DNA of 64,000 bases from Callorhinchus milii (GCF_018977255.1 NW_024704742.1:3968001-4032000); one strand, 5' to 3'. Shown: positions 12,960 through 25,516, counted from the first letter of the stretch. The notes: generated from the sequence alone by a model not told the origin. Made by a program: numbers and translations.

Positions 12960-14539
12960 GATGATGAGCCAAAATTATAGGCAAGACTGTGATTAAGCCT
13001 CTGAGTGACCCCTATCAATCAGTCCTGGAAGACAATAAACTTATGCTTAGAACTACAGCATAGAATATTGACTGACAAAGCTGGAAGTGAAATGAACCTT
13101 GGCTAGTGAACCATCAGCAGTTACCCATGACTCTGGTGAGCATTTCAAGGAATAAAGAATTCATATTAAGTGATACTACATCTGTTGTATTTGCTATTTA
13201 TCTGATTACGTCAGGAAACAGCCGTGTTTAGTCAAACAGTGACATCTGTTCCACTGTATTATTTTAGCGCAGAAAGAATTTGAAAATTAAATCACAGCAA
13301 ACACAATACAAATTTACATTTATACGGCAGCTTTAAACTCGGGAAGACACGCCAAGGCGCTTAGCAGTCCTGGCTAGGCACCTGAGCTGGAGGTGGAGAG
13401 GGGGAAGATAATAATCCTTTGATTTGATATTAGCACCTTATCACTTCGTCATTGTCTCAAAGCTCTTCCCAAGATTTTACTGAAAAGTGTAGTGACTGTG
13501 TATTTGTTGGCAAATCCAGTTGGCCCTCCTATTGATTGCCGCCCGCACCCCCGAAAGTGCGGTCAAAGAGGTAGGTCTTGAGACGGACCTTGAACAAGGT
13601 GAGCAAGGGAACAAGTCAGGGGGACTTGGAGATGGATTTCCAGAGAGTACACACAGATAGACCGAAAGCCTGACCACAACAACAAAGCAAAAATATTATT
13701 TTAGAAACAAGGCACGGTAAACATAGAAATATACCTTGGCATAACGATTAATAACGAAAAATAAACCCCTAACGGCCGTCCTCTTCTGTGATCATGAGCT
13801 TTGCGAATGTTGCCCGCTCAAAGGTTTACAGTACTTGCCACAATCGACCACTACCCAAATAATGTAGGGCGTAACAGTTATGCCTCGTCACTGCACAAAT
13901 TGTCTGGTCCCAATGCAAAAAAAAAAAATCTGTTACGAGGACAGGCTCGTCCACGCTGCTGAAAATGTAACGACCTCAGAACAGTCTCATCTACCGCAGA
14001 GTCACAAAGGAATTCAATGGGATTTGTTGGGCACGGACAATGGTAGGTGGCGTTCTTTTTCAGGTTCAGCGGTGGGTAGAATAGAATGAAGCAAACTTCT
14101 GCTGCTGGTGTGTCATTACTTACTGATAGAATGTCCCTTCAGGCACCTGAGACAACAGATGCCAGGCTGGGAGCTCTCCGAGGCTCTCCTCCCCCTTTCT
14201 CTGGAGCCAGCCAACTTTCATTTCTAGAGTACATCTATTTATCTGGCTGTTTATCGGGCAGCTCCTCCTCAGCAGGATTCCGAGCAGGATCCGCGCTTGT
14301 CTCACTTATAAAACATTTACTAGTTTTAAAGATAACACACAGCCCAAGATCCAGGAGCTGATGAGCAGTGTAAGCATTGATGTACTCCCTGGTGTTGCAA
14401 GCATTGCAAACAATTGTGTGTCTAGTTACGAGGAGAGTTGTTGCTGCACTAAGTGTTGATGCCTAGTTGCTAGGATATTTAGTATTGCCCCAGCTATTTA
14501 GATTCAGCAGTCGTTTAGTTCTTATTTTCCTCCAAAACT

Positions 14540-14700
14540 CACTGATAGGCACCCGCGGTCGTGTCTAGTAGTGACAATTTTCGGTAACGATGACTTCACT
14601 TTTGGCCGCTGCTCGTTTCTCTATCAACAACCTCCTAGATTCAGAATACAGTCAAAAGGCACTTGACGGATTTGATCCGGAAGTAATGACGGAGAGGGAA
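14540..14700. promoter_or_regulatory. Candidate promoter (ETS/GABP site CCGGAAGT, two TGACG half-sites, local CpG enrichment)
   Basis: CCGGAAGT at 14677-14684 flanked by TGACGG motifs; minus-strand GTGAGT donor at 14542. No gene product identified. Confidence 0.35.
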
Positions 14701-14820
14701 ACATGGAATGAAAGTTATTTTTATGGAATTGTTTATGTTTTGTAGTACTACTTACAGCGCAGCTGAAAACTAGCACCGGGTATCAACAAAAACTCTGCTG
14801 AAATGTTAGTTACGCAGAAA

Positions 14821-15271
14821 TCCTGGCTCTTGTTTTTTTTTGGTGAGCGAGGATAGATCTGCTCATCCCTATTGACCGAATTAGACCCAAACGTTCCACT
14901 TTGGGAATGAGGGTTGTCCCCAAAGACAAGCCCCAACAACCTGGGAAAGCCCAGCCTGAGCCTGGTGCGCAAGTGCTCAAGCTCGCTCTGCGTTCCAGTA
15001 TCTTCCTCTGTGTGAGGGCAGATCAAGCGCCTCAGATCAGAACTACTGCAATACTGATCCCAACCAATAGAGGGTCGAAAGCATAGTTGTAGCGAGAAGC
15101 TCATTCCTTCTTATTTTGCCCCAATTATGGGTGAGATTCGATCGTGAGAACCCAGGCAAGCGAAGCTCAACAGGAGAACTTTTCCGGCATTGCTGGCTCA
15201 AAGAGTAACTGATAAGAACAGATACTACTCCTGATCTTAGCCAAAAAGGCCGAGAAGATGCTCCTGGCTCT
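14821..15271 (-). mobile_element. U2-headed chimeric retroposon with A-tail and 10-bp target-site duplication
   Basis: TCCTGGCTCT occurs at 14821-14830 and 15262-15271, flanking the U2 head, a ~365-nt body and an A9 tail (T run 14833-14841). Confidence 0.7.
15207..15259 (-). pseudogene. U2 snRNA 5' fragment (nt ~1-53)
   Basis: Minus strand ATCTTCTCGGCCTTTTTGGCTAAGATCAGGAGTAGTATCTGTTCTTATCAGTT versus U2 ATCGCTTCTCGGCCTTTTGGCTAAGATCAAGTGTAGTATCTGTTCTTATCAGTT. The Sm site and 3' stems are absent. Confidence 0.9.
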
Positions 15272-16554
15272 CATGCTTCAGCTGTGTGATTGCTACACTG
15301 CACACACTGTTAATGTATTTTGCAACAGCTCCAGACAGATCAGAGACAGATGAGTAGTTTCTTACGGTGAAGGTGAGTGGACTTCCTCAAACCCAGCTCG
15401 CTTTATATTTCGCTAATGTTGTCAATTAAAGATCTTTCAAAGCGATGACACCTTGCATTCATTAATATTAATACAGATATCAAAATCTTTCCAGATATGC
15501 GATGTGCAGTGATTCAAAGTCACAGGTGGGACTGAATCCACATTGGCACAGATAGCATCCTAATCACGGCATTGTGGAAATGGAAGGACACAGCAGTGAG
15601 TAGATATTTGCATACACCAGGGAGAATGGAACAGAGGGGTGTGGTAAATGGTATTAAGAGGGTTAGAGGTTCACCTGCAGTATAAACATAAGCATAGACT
15701 AGTTGGGCCAAATGATCTCTTTCCGTGCTATAACGTCCTACAAACAATAATAATAATAATAATAATAATAATACAAATTCAGTCACTACGTTTCACAATT
15801 AAAATCTTGTGGAGCGCTTGAGTCCACCCGACAACATCATCAGGTGCAATGCAAAATGCAAGGATTATTATTATTAATTTTTTAAATTCTAGATTCTGTC
15901 CTTTCCTTTGTTTCTCTCCCTTTCTCTCTCAATCTTTCTCGCTTTCATCCATTCAGATGGTAGTGCTCCGAGACACCGTCCTGCGTAAGGAGCGCTATAT
16001 AAATGAAAGTTGCTGTTGTTGTCCATTGCAATTCTATACGTAGTAGATTGTAGATGGTCAGTGGAGGGAGATGGGCCTAATGGTCTTTTCTTCCTCTATG
16101 GTTCTTATACAGATTAAACGCCTGATTGGAATTCTTATTTTGTTGAATTAAAAAATTAAAAAATTTCTTCGATACTACACATCGACTGACTTAAAATTTG
16201 TTATAATGCCCCCTCTCAAATATCACATTGTTTGCTAACACCCACTTGATTGTTTGCACTGCAACTTGCCATTTGGGCAAAGTACAAGAGTGTTTAGCTC
16301 CTGTTAGAATGATACTGTACTGTAGGATGGATCAGCCACCTTCAGCCAAAAGGGTTAAAACTTGGTAGGGGAAAATTAACCAAATAATGCATCCATGGGG
16401 GGGATGAACGAACAGAGTACAATGAAATTCCAAGACAGATCTCTGCAGGTCAAGTGATACACAATGCATCAGCATCGACCAAATCTTCCTTTACCGGTTT
16501 CAGTGAAGACACTCTCTACAGTCGACCCTTTGTTTCATTTATTGCTCCTTTAGG

Positions 16555-16945
16555 AGGACTTTGAGCTTACAGTCTAAGGTGACACTCCAATGCAGTGTTG
16601 GGAAGGGGGTTGCTCTATATTTTGGGAGTTGGCCCTCTTTGGACGAGATGCTAAAGTGAGGTCCAGTCTGCCTGTTCTGGTGGACGTTAAAAAATCCCAC
16701 GACACTATACAAAAAGAAAAGGGAGTTTCTCCCAGTGTCTTGGCCAGTCATCACTGAAATAAGATTGGTCACTCACTTCATGGCTGTTGGTGGGACATGG
16801 CTATGTGCAAATTGTCTGCCACATTCGCCTAAAAAATACACAGTCCGCTGCACTTCACAGTTAAATGGATGCGAAATGCTTTGAGCCGTGTTGTCAGTGT
16901 GATAAGGCGCCAAGTCCGATGTGAGGAATATGATTATTGTTATAT
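16555..16945 (+). mobile_element. Ancient Deu-domain SINE (SacSINE1-like) remnant; relatives at ~560-830, 37880-38150 and 58340-58720
   Basis: TGACACTCCAATGCAGTG...GAGATGCTAAAGTGAGGTCC...GGTGGACGTTAAAAAATCCCACG...GTGCAAATTGTCTGCC resembles the DeuSINE central domain as recalled. Confidence 0.55.
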
Positions 16946-19399
16946 TTTGGAATGCAGACCCACCATATTGATCGTCTTTAACAAACCCTCACTTCTCTTG
17001 CGTAGACAACATCGGGAGCTCAGGAGGGCAACTGAACAACCTGCATTCACCCTGCCAATAGCCGTCAGCAAAATACCCCTTCACACACGCGCACGCGCAC
17101 GCTTCAGTTGAAATTGTATGTATTAAAAATAAGCACCATACCAAGGAGTTATTTCGCGACTGTAACGCAATATTGCGGTTCGAGTAACAATTATTGTAGC
17201 CTGATATGAATCCCCTCCACTAACCCTGTCCCAAGCTTGTGAACTGGTCCCATATCAGCTATCACAACACCAGGATGGTGTCCAGTTGAAACCAGTGCAT
17301 GGTGAAGCCACTGAGATCATCCACATGGACTGACTGCCTTGAGGAAACCTCGGTGTGTTTGTCTGCTGGGTCCATCTCAAGGAATATCTCGCGGAGAAAA
17401 AAAAACATAACACTTTTGTCCCTCTCGTGGTTCGATCAGTCCCAAGTTTCTGCATGAGAGTTCAGTAAAAAAAAAACTCTGAAGAGAGTCGCTTTTATAC
17501 GTTGCCTTCTCTTCAATGCTGAACAGTGGGGGGGTGGGGGAGAAAAAGAACACACACACAGACACACGCACACAAAAACACGGGGTTGCTCTTTCCTAAG
17601 AGATATTGACGCACAATAAAAGTCGGTGCATAAAACGACATGGCCTCCCTTTTAAGTGTCACAGGTTCAGGCGGTGTTTGTTTCCATGCGTTGCTGTTTA
17701 AATCAAATACACAAGTATTGCGGCAGTTTTTTGCAAGTGTGTAGAGGCCGGGCAGAGAGGCACTCAAGTCGTTGGCTACCCTTGTGGTACCTCTATCAAC
17801 TCCAGGTATTAAAGTACAACGCCACCGCCCTGCTCCTATCCAAATGTCCCATAATTATGCTTTTAAAAAAGAAAGAGATCGAACGATAGCTACAGACCTT
17901 CACAACATAAAATATACATGGAGATTTCCAAAAGGCTGCAGATAACGTTCGACTGATTCATTATTCATGTTGTCTTCCCTGTGTTTTTTTTTATATATTG
18001 CACAATATAAACGTATAACACTTGGAACGCATTGACGCATTCGACCATATATATATATATGTGTGTGTGTACACGTGTGCGCGTGTGTGTATATATATAA
18101 AAAATATTAAACTGGTTGCATTAATTATTGATGTTTAACGATCTGCATGATTAAGAAAGCGGTCGCTGTAGGTGAGTGTGTGTGTAACGTGAAGGGTTTT
18201 CTTTTTCTCCCTTCTGTTTATTGTAAAAGTCACTTGGCCCTTGTTCTTTTGTGAGGCTCTACATTGATTTGACACGCGTGAAGCCCACATGAACAGTGGA
18301 AAGGACAAACGCCAATCTCACCAGCCATTCTCCAGCATTCATTCGTTTAGTCTTATTATTTATTGTCTTGGAAGCCAAAAGGCCATTCATTTGCAGGGCA
18401 AATTTGCACGTTTCGACTTAACTTTCCTCACTCGTTTCTTATCCTGTCTTGGTTTTTTTTATTTATATATATATGCATATAAATGGTCAGGCAGAAAAGT
18501 ACACAGAGAAAATACACGCGTCTGTGACTGCTTTCACGTTCACAGTATAACTGAATTCCTAGTACTTTTGTTGCATTAAAGCAAATGGGTACATAATTAT
18601 ATATTTATATAGATTTAAAAAATGCATCAGTGTTAAAGAGGCGATTTCGTTGCTTCGTGGTATTTTGTTTTAATCCACCAGGTAACCAGGAAATAACTCC
18701 CTCCGGCAAACACACCTTGGTAAAAGTCAACAAAAAAGTCACCCAGGTGCGAATAAATCATTGCTCTGTGGTGGCAAACAATCTATTGCAACTCACCAGG
18801 AGGAAGAAGAAGGAGGAGGAGGAGGAGGAGGAGTGGGAGCTCACAGTTATCTGACAAACTAGCTTTATGGAAGCTTTGTGTCTCAGAGTGTGTACAGGTG
18901 CCATTGAATCTGGGGGAAGAGACAAGAGCCTGTTGTACATTACACTCTTGACAGTTCTGCAAGGGGTGGGGGGGGGGGGAGTAGTCCAGGAAATTCTGGA
19001 GTCTCTAGAGAGAGAGTGAGAGAGAAATAAAAGGTTTTTTTTTCTCAATCTGATTTGTTTTTTTTCTCTCTCTCCCAAGAGAGGGATTTTTTTTAAAAAG
19101 AAACCCCAATGAATTTAATAAATAATACCCCCACCCCAACCACCCGCCGCTCCACCCAAAAAAAAATGTGTGACTGGCCAGTTTGATCAATGGTCAAGTA
19201 AATTTACGTGGAAGAAGGTTGGAGAGACAGAGGCTGAGAGCACTTGTGAGCAGTGCCTTCCTGCGGTCAATTCAATACAGAGCGGTACAATATAAAGCGG
19301 ATAACGTTTCCATCCTCAAGTCTCCTTTTTTTGTCAACCAGAACAATGTGTTGGATTGTGGTTCGGTTTGCAGAGAGAGGGAGTGAAAAAAAAGTGTGT

Positions 19400-19430
<31 letters not shown>

Positions 19431-19632
19431 GGGGGGATCGAGCAAATCCAGTGCGTGTGTGTGTTTTTTTCCACAAAACAACACAAAAAAAAGAAGAAAA
19501 TAGACTGTGAAATAGATTGGCGAATGGAGAAATAAGTCCTATCGCTGATAACGGAGAGTGATCAGCCAGGGCAAGTGTTTCTTTTGGTGGTGAGGGGGTT
19601 AAAAAGTATTAAAAACATACTTTCCCAGGATA

Positions 19633-19855
19633 CCTAATAATAATCCCTCCAAAACCAAAAACAATAATAAATTGGTCGTTTTCAATCCACGACTGTTTGT
19701 GGGACATTGCTGTGCGCAATTGGCTGCCGCGATTCGCCCACAAATATACAGTCAATTCACTTTACGGTGTGTTCTGTGAAGCGCTTTGGGACGTCCTCCC
19801 CGACGTGAAAAGCGCTATATCAAATGCAAGGATTATTATTATTGTTATTATTATT
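19633..19855 (+). mobile_element. 5'-truncated SINE
   Basis: Core and tail near-identical to 25517-25841. Confidence 0.85.
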
Positions 19856-20840
19856 GTACAGAAATTATAATGGACAGGAGGAGAAATGGACTGGAGTTGG
19901 CAAACGCGTGTAAACCCATCAGGGTGGGGTTCAAAAGACACGCCTGCCTGGATTATTGGCCCCTTTCTGAAACAAGAAACCCACACTTGTGCCACACTCA
20001 CTGTCTGTGGTCTCCAGAGCAGTCAATTGGGGGATAAAAACAGCGCATCTTTTGTTTGAGTTACAGGAAGGTTAGATCACACATCGCTGTGGTGGTGGTG
20101 GTGGGGGTGAGAGGAGAGGGAGGGATCTTGCTCAAAACTCAGAGCAAGTGTCACCTATACTCCCCCCCCCCCACCTCTCCTCCCCCCCCCCCCCCCCCCC
20201 ACCCCCCACTTAACTTTTGGTTGTCAATTGCATGGCTTTTTACTAACTTTGTCTCTCCTAAATCATTGTGGCGACACATTTAGGGCAAGTGTTGTCTGTC
20301 TGTCTGTCTCTCTGTCTGGGGCTGTGGGTCTGTGTGTGTGTGTGTGGGTGGTGTGTGTGTGTGGGGGTGGTGTGTGTGTGGGTGGGTGGTGTNNNNNNNN
20401 NNNNNNNNNNNNNNNNNNNNNNNNNNNNNNNNNNNNNNNNNNNNNNNNNNNNNNNNNNNNNNNNNNNNNNNNNNNNNNNNNNNNNNNNNNNNNNNNNNNN
20501 NNNNNNNNNNNNNNNNNNNNNNNNNNNNNNNNNNNNNNNNNNNNNNNNNNNNNNNNNNNNNNNNNNNNNNNNNNNNNNNNNNTGTGTGTGTGGGTGGTGT
20601 NNNNNNNNNNNNNNNNNNNNNNNNNNNNNNNNNNNNNNNNNNNNNNNNNNNNNNNNNNNNNNNNNNNNNNNNNNNNNNNNNNNNNNNNNNNNNNNNNNNN
20701 NNNNNNNNNNNNNNNNNNNNNNNNNNNNNNNNNNNNNNNNNNNNNNNNNNNNAAGTTTGGGTCAGGATCAAGTTAGTGGAGTTGTGCAGATCTTCAGAGA
20801 GAGAGAGGGAGAGAAAGAGAGAGAGAGAAAGACAGGACCC

Positions 20841-20870
20841 TGCGCTCACCAGCTGACAGCGCGTGTTCCC
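20841..20870 (-). promoter_or_regulatory. Atoh1 3' enhancer B core (autoregulatory E-box plus class C site)
   Basis: The minus strand reads CACGCGCTGTCAGCTGGTGAGCGCA, matching the mouse Math1 enhancer B core as I recall it. E-box CAGCTG at 20850-20855, CACGCG at 20860-20865; located 3' of atoh1. Confidence 0.8.
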
Positions 20871-21050
20871 AACCAGTTAACCAAGACACTGACACAACAC
20901 AAAACCACTCCACAAGCCATGTCCCTTTGTCCCGGTCTTAATTAATATCCCCTTCAGCCCAACACCCAGTCACCACACTGACAACAGTCTGAAACCACAG
21001 CATTAACATAAGCCATTATTCATCATAGACAATATCCGGCGCGATAAACA

Positions 21051-21083
<33 letters not shown>

Positions 21084-21569
21084 GTTATAATTATTTTAAT
21101 TATCGCCCCACCATCAGCTTTTATTGTACCTTTTTTTAACGTGATAATACTATATATGTGCGTGTAGTATTATCCAGACGCAAATTATATATTTATTCAC
21201 ATGCATCCCTCTTTTTAATTTTTTTAAGTATTGACCGTCCCCACCACCAGCTTTTATTTGTGACTTTTTTTCCCTGTGGCAGCAAAACCAGCCCTAAGAT
21301 TTCAATCGACCCAATCGAAGTTTCGAGCTGAAGGAAAAAAGGCCAAGTGTTTATCGTCTTCCAAAAGAAAATGCCCAGAAAAGTCATTTCAAGAGAGAGA
21401 GAAAAAAAAACTCCACAAATGATGGCTTTCGGTTTCTTCGAGAAAATTTTTTTTTTTTTTTTTAAATTTGCCCTTTTGATCCTTTTAAAGGTGTTTGTTT
21501 TTTTTAATTAAGAAAAAAAGGTGGTTTATCATAGCAAAAGCTGTGACATGCATTCAACAGTTCCAATCC

Positions 21570-21606
<37 letters not shown>

Positions 21607-21739
21607 AGGGAGAGGGAGAAAGAGAGAGAGATTATAAAATAATAGGGGTAAGTAAGTAAGTCTTTCTCAATCAAGGTCGGGAGCTAATGATAGCCTGTGC
21701 TGATGGGGTCGGTGAGGGATCTCTGCACATCCAGGCGAC

Positions 21740-21965
21740 TGCACACATAGTTGATGCCTTTGCCAGTCTCCTGGATACCCCGGCGGTGTAGTTTAGAGGC
21801 TTGAAGCTAATTACAAATCTCGAGGAGAAAGGAAGCACTCAGCATGTCAGGAGTGGGCTGACATATGGTAAATATGCTCCACGCACCACACAGGCTTAAA
21901 CACTCCAAAGTGTTAATGAGATTATTAAACAAACTCGCAAACAAAGGTTACAGCTTGTTGATGGA
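21740..21965 (-). promoter_or_regulatory. Atoh1 3' enhancer A homologue (conserved non-coding element)
   Basis: The minus strand carries the colinear blocks AACAAGCTGTAAC, ATAATCTCATTAA, CCATATGTCAGCCCACTCCTGACATGCTGA, TTCCTTTCTC, AATTAGCTTC and CAAAGGCATCAACTATGT, which correspond to mouse enhancer A as recalled. Order relative to the gene (A proximal, B distal) agrees. Confidence 0.75.
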
Positions 21966-23639
21966 GCAAAAGAATTTGGGCTTTTTTGTGTATGTGTGTG
22001 TGTGTTTTACTTTGCTTTATCTGCCTCTCCTCGACGTATAAGAGGGTCACACTTTTTACACACTGGCACCCACTTGGACGAACTCTTGATAGACTGCGAG
22101 TATTTATTGAGCCTGATTTGCATCGTTGCGCTTACCACGAAATAAACCTACAACAAAACATCTTTCTGTCTCCAGACTCTTGCCACACCAGGGCGCATTG
22201 AGTTAGCAATATATATATATATATACACACATATATATATTGTTCGTTTACTTTTATGGGATCAATGTCCATAAAAATGCGCCCTGTAATTCAGTCAGAC
22301 GCGGTTAAAAAAAACTCAGGTATATATACATATAAATATATAATATTGATGTTTTAAAGCGTGCAAGTTTAAAAAACAAGGGAGGGTTTGAGAGGCATTT
22401 GGGGTGGTTTGAGAGGTGCGTTCTGCAGCTCATGGTCTGATAATCACAGTGAGTGAGTTTCCACATCTAATCGTGGGTTGCCTGATCCATTCACTCTACT
22501 TATTGAAGCGCTCTCGTCCGACACAGTACTTGTTGCTGAAACCCAGGAAGTTCAGCTTCAAAAGAAATCGAAAGATAAAGTAATGGCCAGTGATAAGAAC
22601 CTGAAGGTGCCCGGTGCGTGGTTGGCAGGTGTAAATCTATCTGAATGACTTTTTATACAGCTTTCATAAGCCTTATTGCATTGTTTATGACGTGACTCAG
22701 GTAACTGATTCCCCTAACGTTTCTTTAACAGTGAAATGACAAAGACCGTGTGAAATCGATTGGTGTTGTGTCATTTCCCCGCACCTTCTAGATCTATATA
22801 TATATAATTGTAAGATTCAAACATTAAATGGCATTGGTTTTGCCCACAAAATTCACAGTCAATCCACTTTACAGTATATTCTGCGAAGCGCTTCGAGAAG
22901 TCTTGAATACGTGATAAGGCCTTATATCAAATGCAAGGATTAGTATTATTATTATATTCTGCAAAGCGCTTTGAGACGGCTCAACGATGTGATAAGCTGC
23001 TGTATCAAACGGCGAGCATCAAATGCAAATAAAATTATTATTAATTGCAGAGACACAGTGCAGAGATTTAAAATAATTTCAACCCATCTGTTCCGGATCA
23101 CATCCCTCTGGCACCTGACTGGTGGAACGTACTTTTTACAACCTGTTTGTTTTTGCAGAGTGACTTTCTTGTGTACCTTGGAATCAGTAGCACAATTCCC
23201 CCAGTCGATAGTTTCTCGAGATGTTTATCTTTACAGCTTATCTGAGGAGAGCGACAAGCCTGCGGGTCGGAGGTTATCTGATGGACAGGTGCTGGACGCA
23301 CTCCTTTGCTGTTAACTAGCAAGCAGTAAACACCTCTGTCTGCGCTAGAAAGGGGGGCGGGGGGGGGGGGGAATTCAGTCCAAAAGGACATGCATTTATT
23401 TTTGAACAGAGAAACGGTGTGATTTGGGTGCAAGTAAATAGCTCATTAACCAAATTTTAAAACATTTAATAAAAATTAAACTTTACCCACAAAATATACA
23501 GTCAATTCACTTTACAGTATATTCCGTGAAGCTCTTTGAGACGGTTCGACAACATGCATTTTTTTATGATTTGTTGCTTGTAATTTGTGTCAAGCACAGC
23601 CAATGTTAAACTCTCCGAGATGCTATCCTACATGAAAGC

Positions 23640-24365
23640 AGATGTATAAATGCCAGTTGTTCCTGTTATAATTGTCGAATGAGGGAATTTGGAAGTGAGT
23701 TCCCGAGAGTGGGGGCAAAATAGTTAAAAACGTACCCACCAATGGTGGGCTGGAGAGAATAGGGAACATGAAGTATGCCAGAGTTGGTGAAGTGTAGAGA
23801 GTAAACAGGAGAGGATGACAAAAAGTGAGTAAACAAGATTGTAGAAATAGTGTGGGACAAGGCCATGGAAGCATTCAAAGGTAAGAATGGAGATCCAAAA
23901 ATTGATGTATTGGGAAATACGGAATCAATAGAGTCTGGCAAGTATCGTGGTGATAGCTCATATAGACTTGTGTCGGAGAGATCTCAACAGCCCGGATGGT
24001 TTATGGAGTCTAGTCTAAGAGAAGGGAGGGGAGGGGAAGGGGGATGGCTGATGACATGGTTGAAGAGGATGGTCTTGAGGCAGGACTTGAAGGAGACTAA
24101 GGAGGGGGCGAGGCGGAGTGATTGGGGGATAGAATTCCAGAGGTTGGAGGCAGAGTGGCTGAGAGGCCATGGAAGGCTTTGTAGGTGAGGACCAGGATCT
24201 TGAATTGGATCCTCTGAAGGATAGGGAGCCAGTGGAGTCGGGCGAGAGTGGGGAGATTGGGTCACGGAGTTTGGTGCGGGAGAGGACACGGGCTGCAGAA
24301 TTCTGGATTATCTGCAGCCTGTGGAGAGAGGAGCCGGGAAGGCCGACAAGCAGAGCGTTTGCTTG
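23640..24365 (-). mobile_element. L2 LINE fragments
   Basis: Minus strand encodes LWNSIPQSLRLAPSLVSFKSCLKTILF and LHWLPI..RIQFKIL-like segments. Confidence 0.8.
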
Positions 24366-25455
24366 AAAGAATAGAGATTCAAGCAGTGACCTCTGGAAAA
24401 CTCACCACATACCTCACTCCCCGCTCCTCCGATGGAAAGGTCAAACTCATGAGATCCATCAATATTCTATAAATAATAGCTTACCGTAGTCTCAACGCGA
24501 AGCCAAATCAGACTTCTAAAATGAATAGGAGTTTATTCTTTTCTGCACTGATCCCTTCATTTTGGCTGCCAAATGTTAGTCTTTGGCGGTTTCAGATATC
24601 CACAACTGGGGAAAGTCCTTCTAGTATACAAAACGTACATAGTCTGATGGAATGCTATAATAATAATAAATAATAATAAGAAAACTTGCATTTGATATAG
24701 AGCCTTATCACATCATTGAGATGTGTCAAAGTACTTCAAGGAATGTACGGTAACTGAGCGGTTTTGACCAGAATTTTGCTACTTTTGTGTGTGTGCGTGT
24801 GTGTGAAAAAACAACTAAAAAAAATGGACGACAACTGTGACATCCCGTAAAGTGGAGTGTCCTACAATAGCGGAAACAAAAAACGACTATTTGGCAAATC
24901 CGACCCATTCTTTCCACCAACCAATTCATTCCCATATCGTGGACTTCACACATTGAGCCACTCCACCTCTGGGGAAAGGTTCTGCATTAACTACAACCCA
25001 AATCCCAAAGATAAACCAAATATATAAAGTTCCATCGTGTTGATCCACCGTGTATATATGGTTCAACCAAGGCCTGGTGTCCTCCATACAACACCTCCTT
25101 TCCCCACACGTCTCTCCCGCCTCAACACAAACTGGTACATTTTATCCACACATTTATAAATACATAAATTACTGTTCTCAAGCAGATACTTGTGCGTGTA
25201 TTGACTGGAATATTAAGCCTCCCCAGATACTACTCAGCTACACACGGCAGGTTACCCTCACGGTTATTTTATTTATTTATTTATTTATCTATTTAATTAA
25301 ATAATTAATTAAATAGATAAATAAATAAATAAATAAAATAAATGAACTTATAACAGGTGCGGTTTTCTGGCAGAAGACGATGGTTGCGTGTTAATTATTA
25401 ACCCATTTCACCTTGTTAGGTAAAGTAATCTGAGGTTTCAAATCCTTGTGTCAAA

Positions 25456-25489
<34 letters not shown>

Positions 25490-25516
25490 CTGAAAAGGTG
25501 CTAAACCACAATTAGC

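Noticed and set aside
15207-15259. Functional U2 snRNA gene
   Set aside because: Only ~53 nt with mismatches; no Sm site or 3' stem-loops, and it is embedded in a TSD-flanked insertion.
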